Shown piece after piece: positions 48,791 through 52,713 of a DNA stretch of 52,713 bases. Origin of the DNA: Octopus bimaculoides (Eukaryota). The notes under the pieces are model-generated. The model did no database searches, was not told the origin of the DNA, and worked only from the letters and a program-made list of their open reading frames with translations. A program made the translations under genes and the position numbers. The stretch's first letter is position 1, and each line of letters opens with the position of its first letter. Location: positions 89,543,508-89,596,220 of the forward strand of contig NC_068990.1 in assembly GCF_001194135.2 (NCBI RefSeq), given 5' to 3'.

Positions 48791-51486
48791 TACACGAGAA
48801 ATGCAGTTGTGGATAACTGTAAAAGAATTGATACCCAAAGCAGTCCTACTCTTCTTCTCCCTCCTCCCTTCCACTCATCCTCTTCTTCCCTCTCTCCTCC
48901 TCATCCTCCCCCTCTTCCTTATTATCATGATCAGCAACAACAACTGGTTGTCCTACACACTGCAAATTAAATCATTCCCATCAAGTGAAGAGTTTCATTA
49001 AGCTACAGTGTAACAGTACATCAGGTTAGTCAACAATGGCTGTTATACAGTTCAATAAAAGAAGGTGAATAGAGCATCCGAACATGGTGGCTTAATCGAA
49101 TCAGATGGTTTTGCTCTCTATTTACCTGAATATTGAAACATACATAACAGAAGGCTACTGAATGTAACTCAGTAATGGTTACTTAATTTCTCATTGTATG
49201 TAGTCTTAAAATGTGTAATATAACATAATGTCATATAATATAATATAATACGATATAATATAATATGTTTTAAATCTCTGAGCGAGAGATAAGCAATAAC
49301 AATATCGAACAGTAAAGTTTATTTGCCAACAAAATGTGGTAGTCCTACACAGGACGATGTTACTACTGTTTTAGCCGCAGGAAAACATCATTTCCAGCTG
49401 GTTACCCATACACAGTTTTTGTCCGTATAATTATCGCTCCCATCTCTAGGCTTCATGATACTCACAGACATAGGTTTCTGAGTTGTTTTCTGTGTTCGGT
49501 GTGATATGTATAGAATTTACTTTGTATAGAATTTACTTTGTATAGAATTTACTTTGTATAGAATTTACTTTAATACAAAAATATAGAAATACCTCATCAT
49601 CTTTATTATCTATCAAATTAAAAGTGGCGAATATACAGAAAATGTTGAATTCCGAAATAAACTATATCAAGGAATACTTGGCTATGTTTCCCCATATTCT
49701 TAGTTTAAGCCCTGGGAAAATCGACTTTTCTTTTATTCTTGTAATCGGAAAAATAAGTGCTGTTCATATGATCATTTTTAGCTTCAATCAATAAAACAAC
49801 CGTACCGAACTGAGATCTTGCACTGAGTATGTAATTAAAAGATAGATATGAAAAATGCTTGCAGTCTTTTTACACAGTCGCTTTAAATTGATTTCAGTCT
49901 TCTTTATAAGTGATTAAGTGCTATTTCGCTATTTCATTTCTTTAGAATTTCCGTATAAGTATTTAAAAGCTATCCCACTAGCATGTATCATAATAAAACT
50001 ACACAATTGCATTTCTATTATAATTTATTTTTAAATACAACTATATTATGACAATGACTATTGGGCAATAGATTGGCAGAAGTGTTACAGCATTAGACAA
50101 AGTACTATGTGGTTATTGATCTAATTCTTTGTGTTCAGGGTTCAAATTCGCTGAGGACAAACCATAGAATAAATCTAGTACGAAGTTCAGTTTAATCGAT
50201 TGCTCCTTCACCTCCGCGTATATGGACTCGTCACAATGCCACAAGTTTTTATTATGCTTAGCCCCAAGTTTTCTCAATGAGTTTTCAGTTCGATTAATTA
50301 AACTATCAAGTTTATTAAACTACTATGCTGCGCGTTCCCTTTACATGAATATCTGGCGGAATTAGTAGGGCAAAGTTGCACCATTGAAATACAGGTACAA
50401 TCCATCCGAGAAGTTTCTATCTACCCAATTTCATTATTTACATTATTTACATTTGACGGATATTTGTCCTCATCTTGTTTGTTGTTAACACAACGTTTCG
50501 GCTGATATACCCTCTTGGAATACTTCGAGAATTTGGCTTTAGGATCAACACCACTAAAACCAACCCTATGGCTGCGATACGTTGATGACACCTTTATTCT
50601 CTGGCCCCACCAGCAAGATGTCCAAATGCTGTTAGATCATGTGAACTCAATAAATCCATCCATACAGTTCACCATGGAAAAGGAACAGAACAATCAGCTG
50701 GCATTCCTGGACGTATTAATAACACGCACCGAGTATGGATTCAGGACATCCGTATATCGCAAGCCAACCTTCANNNNNNNNNNNNNNNNNNNNNNNNNNN
50801 NNNNNNNNNNNNNNNNNNNNNNNNNNNNNNNNNNNNNNNNNNNNNNNNNNNNNNNNNNNNNNNNNNNNNNNNNNNNNNNNNNNNNNNNNNNNNNNNNNNN
50901 NNNNNNNNNNNNNNNNNNNNNNNNNNNNNNNNNNNNNNNNNNNNNNNNNNNNNNNNNNNNNNNNNNNNNNNNNNNNNNNNNNNNNNNNNNNNNNNNNNNN
51001 NNNNNNNNNNNNNNNNNNNNNNNNNNNNNNNNNNNNNNNNNNNNNNNNNNNNNNNNNNNNNNNNNNNNNNNNNNNNNNNNNNNNNNNNNNNNNNNNNNNN
51101 NNNNNNNNNNNNNNNNNNNNNNNNNNNNNNNNNNNNNNNNNNNNNNNNNNNNNNNNNNNNNNNNNNNNNNNNNNNNNNNNNNNNNNNNNNNNNNNNNNNN
51201 NNNNNNNNNNNNNNNNNNNNNNNNNNNNNNNNNNNNNNNNNNNNNNNNNNNNNNNNNNNNNNNNNNNNNNNNNNNNNNNNNNNNNNNNNNNNNNNNNNNN
51301 NNNNNNNNNNNNNNNNNNNNNNNNNNNNNNNNNNNNNNNNNNNNNNNNNNNNNNNNNNNNNNNNNNNNNNNNNNNNNNNNNNNNNNNNNNNNNNNNNNNN
51401 NNNNNNNNNNNNNNNNNNNNNNTATTGAGGAAGGATAGAAAAATAATAGATTTATAAGCCTTAAAATTCACCCCATAATTGCCTAC

Positions 51487-51552
51487 GGGCATATGGCGTA
51501 GTGGTTAAGAGCGCGGGCTACTAACCCCGAGTTCGATTCACGGCAGCGACCT
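51487..51552 (+). promoter_or_regulatory. tRNA-derived Pol III A/B-box cassette (tRNA-Ser-like) inside the PLE 3' region
   Basis: TGGCGTAGTGGTTAAG (A box), GGG-CTACTAA-CCC anticodon-arm-like hairpin, GAGTTCGATTC (B box). No acceptor stem, so not a tRNA gene. Confidence 0.7.
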
Positions 51553-51639
51553 GATTAATAATAGTAGTAATAATAATAATAATAATATAATAATAGTAAC
51601 ATCGTTAGGAATGAGAACCCAGGTTTGAAATTTCCCCAA

Positions 51640-51685
51640 GACACCTGACGAAGGCTGGAGGGTATATCAGCCGAAACGTTGTGTT
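51640..51685 (+). ncRNA. Minimal type I hammerhead ribozyme motif of the PLE
   Basis: GACAC-CTGACGA-A-GGCTG(gagggtatat)CAGCC-GAAAC-GTT-GTGTT. Stems I and II are intact, and a palindromic AACGTT replaces stem III. Confidence 0.8.
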
Positions 51686-51817
51686 AACAACAAACAAGAT
51701 GAGGACAAATATCCGTCAAATGTAAATAATGTTAATAATTCCTCATCTCTTAAATATAGAACTACCCAATTTCACTTAAAATGCATGGGTCAAACGAAAT
51801 GTATATATATGTATATA

Positions 51818-52692
51818 TAAGTATCCGGACTGTTGCCATAGTAATAAAGCTAAAGCATGCAGAGTGAAGCTGCTTGGCACAGATCGATCTTGAACTCGAC
51901 TTTGCATGCGCACTAAGCTTTTAAGGTTCTAGCTTACTTTCGCTGTTTACAGCAGTACTTGGAAGGAAGGTGTGTAGCGTGTGACCGTCGCATTGACCAT
52001 GACAGAGAAAGTTGTTATGGCGATACCTGCTCAGAGGCCTACGCAAAGTTGCAGAAAGTTTATAGAGATGAGTGTATGAGCCGCACACAAGTGTACGAGA
52101 AGATCAGATGTTTCCAAGATGGCCGAAAAAAATGTCGATATTGACAAATGTTCTGGGAGACCTGCAACAAGCAGAACTGAGAAAGACATCGCAGATGTAC
52201 GTGCAGCTGTGAGAGGAAATCTTCGAATCATCATCCATGAGTATTTAGAGGATGTGCAGATTAGTTACGGTTCAGTTCAGTCCATTATCCCTGAAAATTT
52301 GGGTATGTGACGCGTGCCTGCCAAGTTTGTTCCAAAAGTGCTTTCAGCTGACCAAAAAGAGATTCGGGTTTCAAGTGCACAAGATCTCCTTGATTGTGTC
52401 GAGAACGGTGAAAACCTTTTGAAAGCTTTGCGTAGGTATCTGAGCAAGCTTTTGGCAAAATTTGATGTCGATTTTCTGCTCAACTTCTCTGTTTTGGTTA
52501 ATGCGACGATTACCCGCTACACACCTTCCTTCCAAGCACTGCTGTAAACAGTGGAAGTGAACTAAAACATTGAACCTTAGTGCGCATGCACAGCAAAGTT
52601 CAAGGTCAATGTATACCAAGTGGCTTTACTCTGCGTTCTTTTAGCTTCGTTATTATGACAGCACTCTTGATACTTATTGATCAGACCACGTA
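51818..52692 (+). mobile_element. Fold-back non-autonomous mariner derivative with ~230-270-bp terminal inverted arms
   Basis: The left arm 51818-52048 is inverted at 52426-52692. The centre encodes the transposase N-terminal HTH region (YAKLQKVYRDECMSRTQVYE; SGRPATSRTEKDIADVRAAV; VPAKFVPKVLSADQK). The right end is ...GATCAGACCACG|TA; the outermost ~14 bp of the left end are missing. Confidence 0.9.
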
Positions 52693-52713
52693 TATATATA
52701 TATATATATATAT

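Larger units (their letters stand above)
50434..51761 (+). mobile_element. 5'-truncated Penelope-like (Poseidon-like) retroelement with inverted 5' pseudo-LTR piece and 13-bp TSD
   Basis: TSD CTACCCAATTTCA at 50421-50433 and 51762-51774. 50434-50514 is the reverse complement of the 3' terminal region. RT fragment from 50515 reads EYFENLALGSTPLKPTLWLRYVDDTFILW...AFLDVLI...TSVYRKPT. Gap 50774-51423. Confidence 0.92.

Noticed and set aside
51487-51552. Possible tRNA gene
   Set aside because: There is no acceptor-stem pairing, the variable/T arm is truncated and the anticodon ACT is non-standard; treated as a tRNA-derived cassette.

Overview
This is a repeat-saturated, AT-rich animal genomic window with many microsatellites and assembly N-gaps. 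The SINE families point to an octopus/cephalopod genome; that is an inference from recalled repeat families, not from a database search. I recognise no intact host protein-coding gene, and almost all predicted ORFs are microsatellite or N-gap artefacts. The sequence supports decayed or non-autonomous transposons: several Tc1/mariner copies (including a fold-back derivative present twice), a hAT-like (hATm-type) DDE pseudogene, R4/Dong-like, HERO-like, CR1-like and RTE-like LINE fragments, a solo LTR with a 4-bp TSD, Helitron-like ends, two abundant tRNA-derived SINE families (one forming head-to-tail arrays) and several Penelope-like elements (PLEs). The most notable signal is a set of about eight hammerhead-ribozyme-like motifs from several unrelated repeat families, several with a CCGANGA rather than CTGANGA core. 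Also notable is a TSD-bounded PLE whose 3' region holds a tRNA(Ser)-like Pol III cassette just upstream of the hammerhead. All family assignments rest on motifs recognised by eye.
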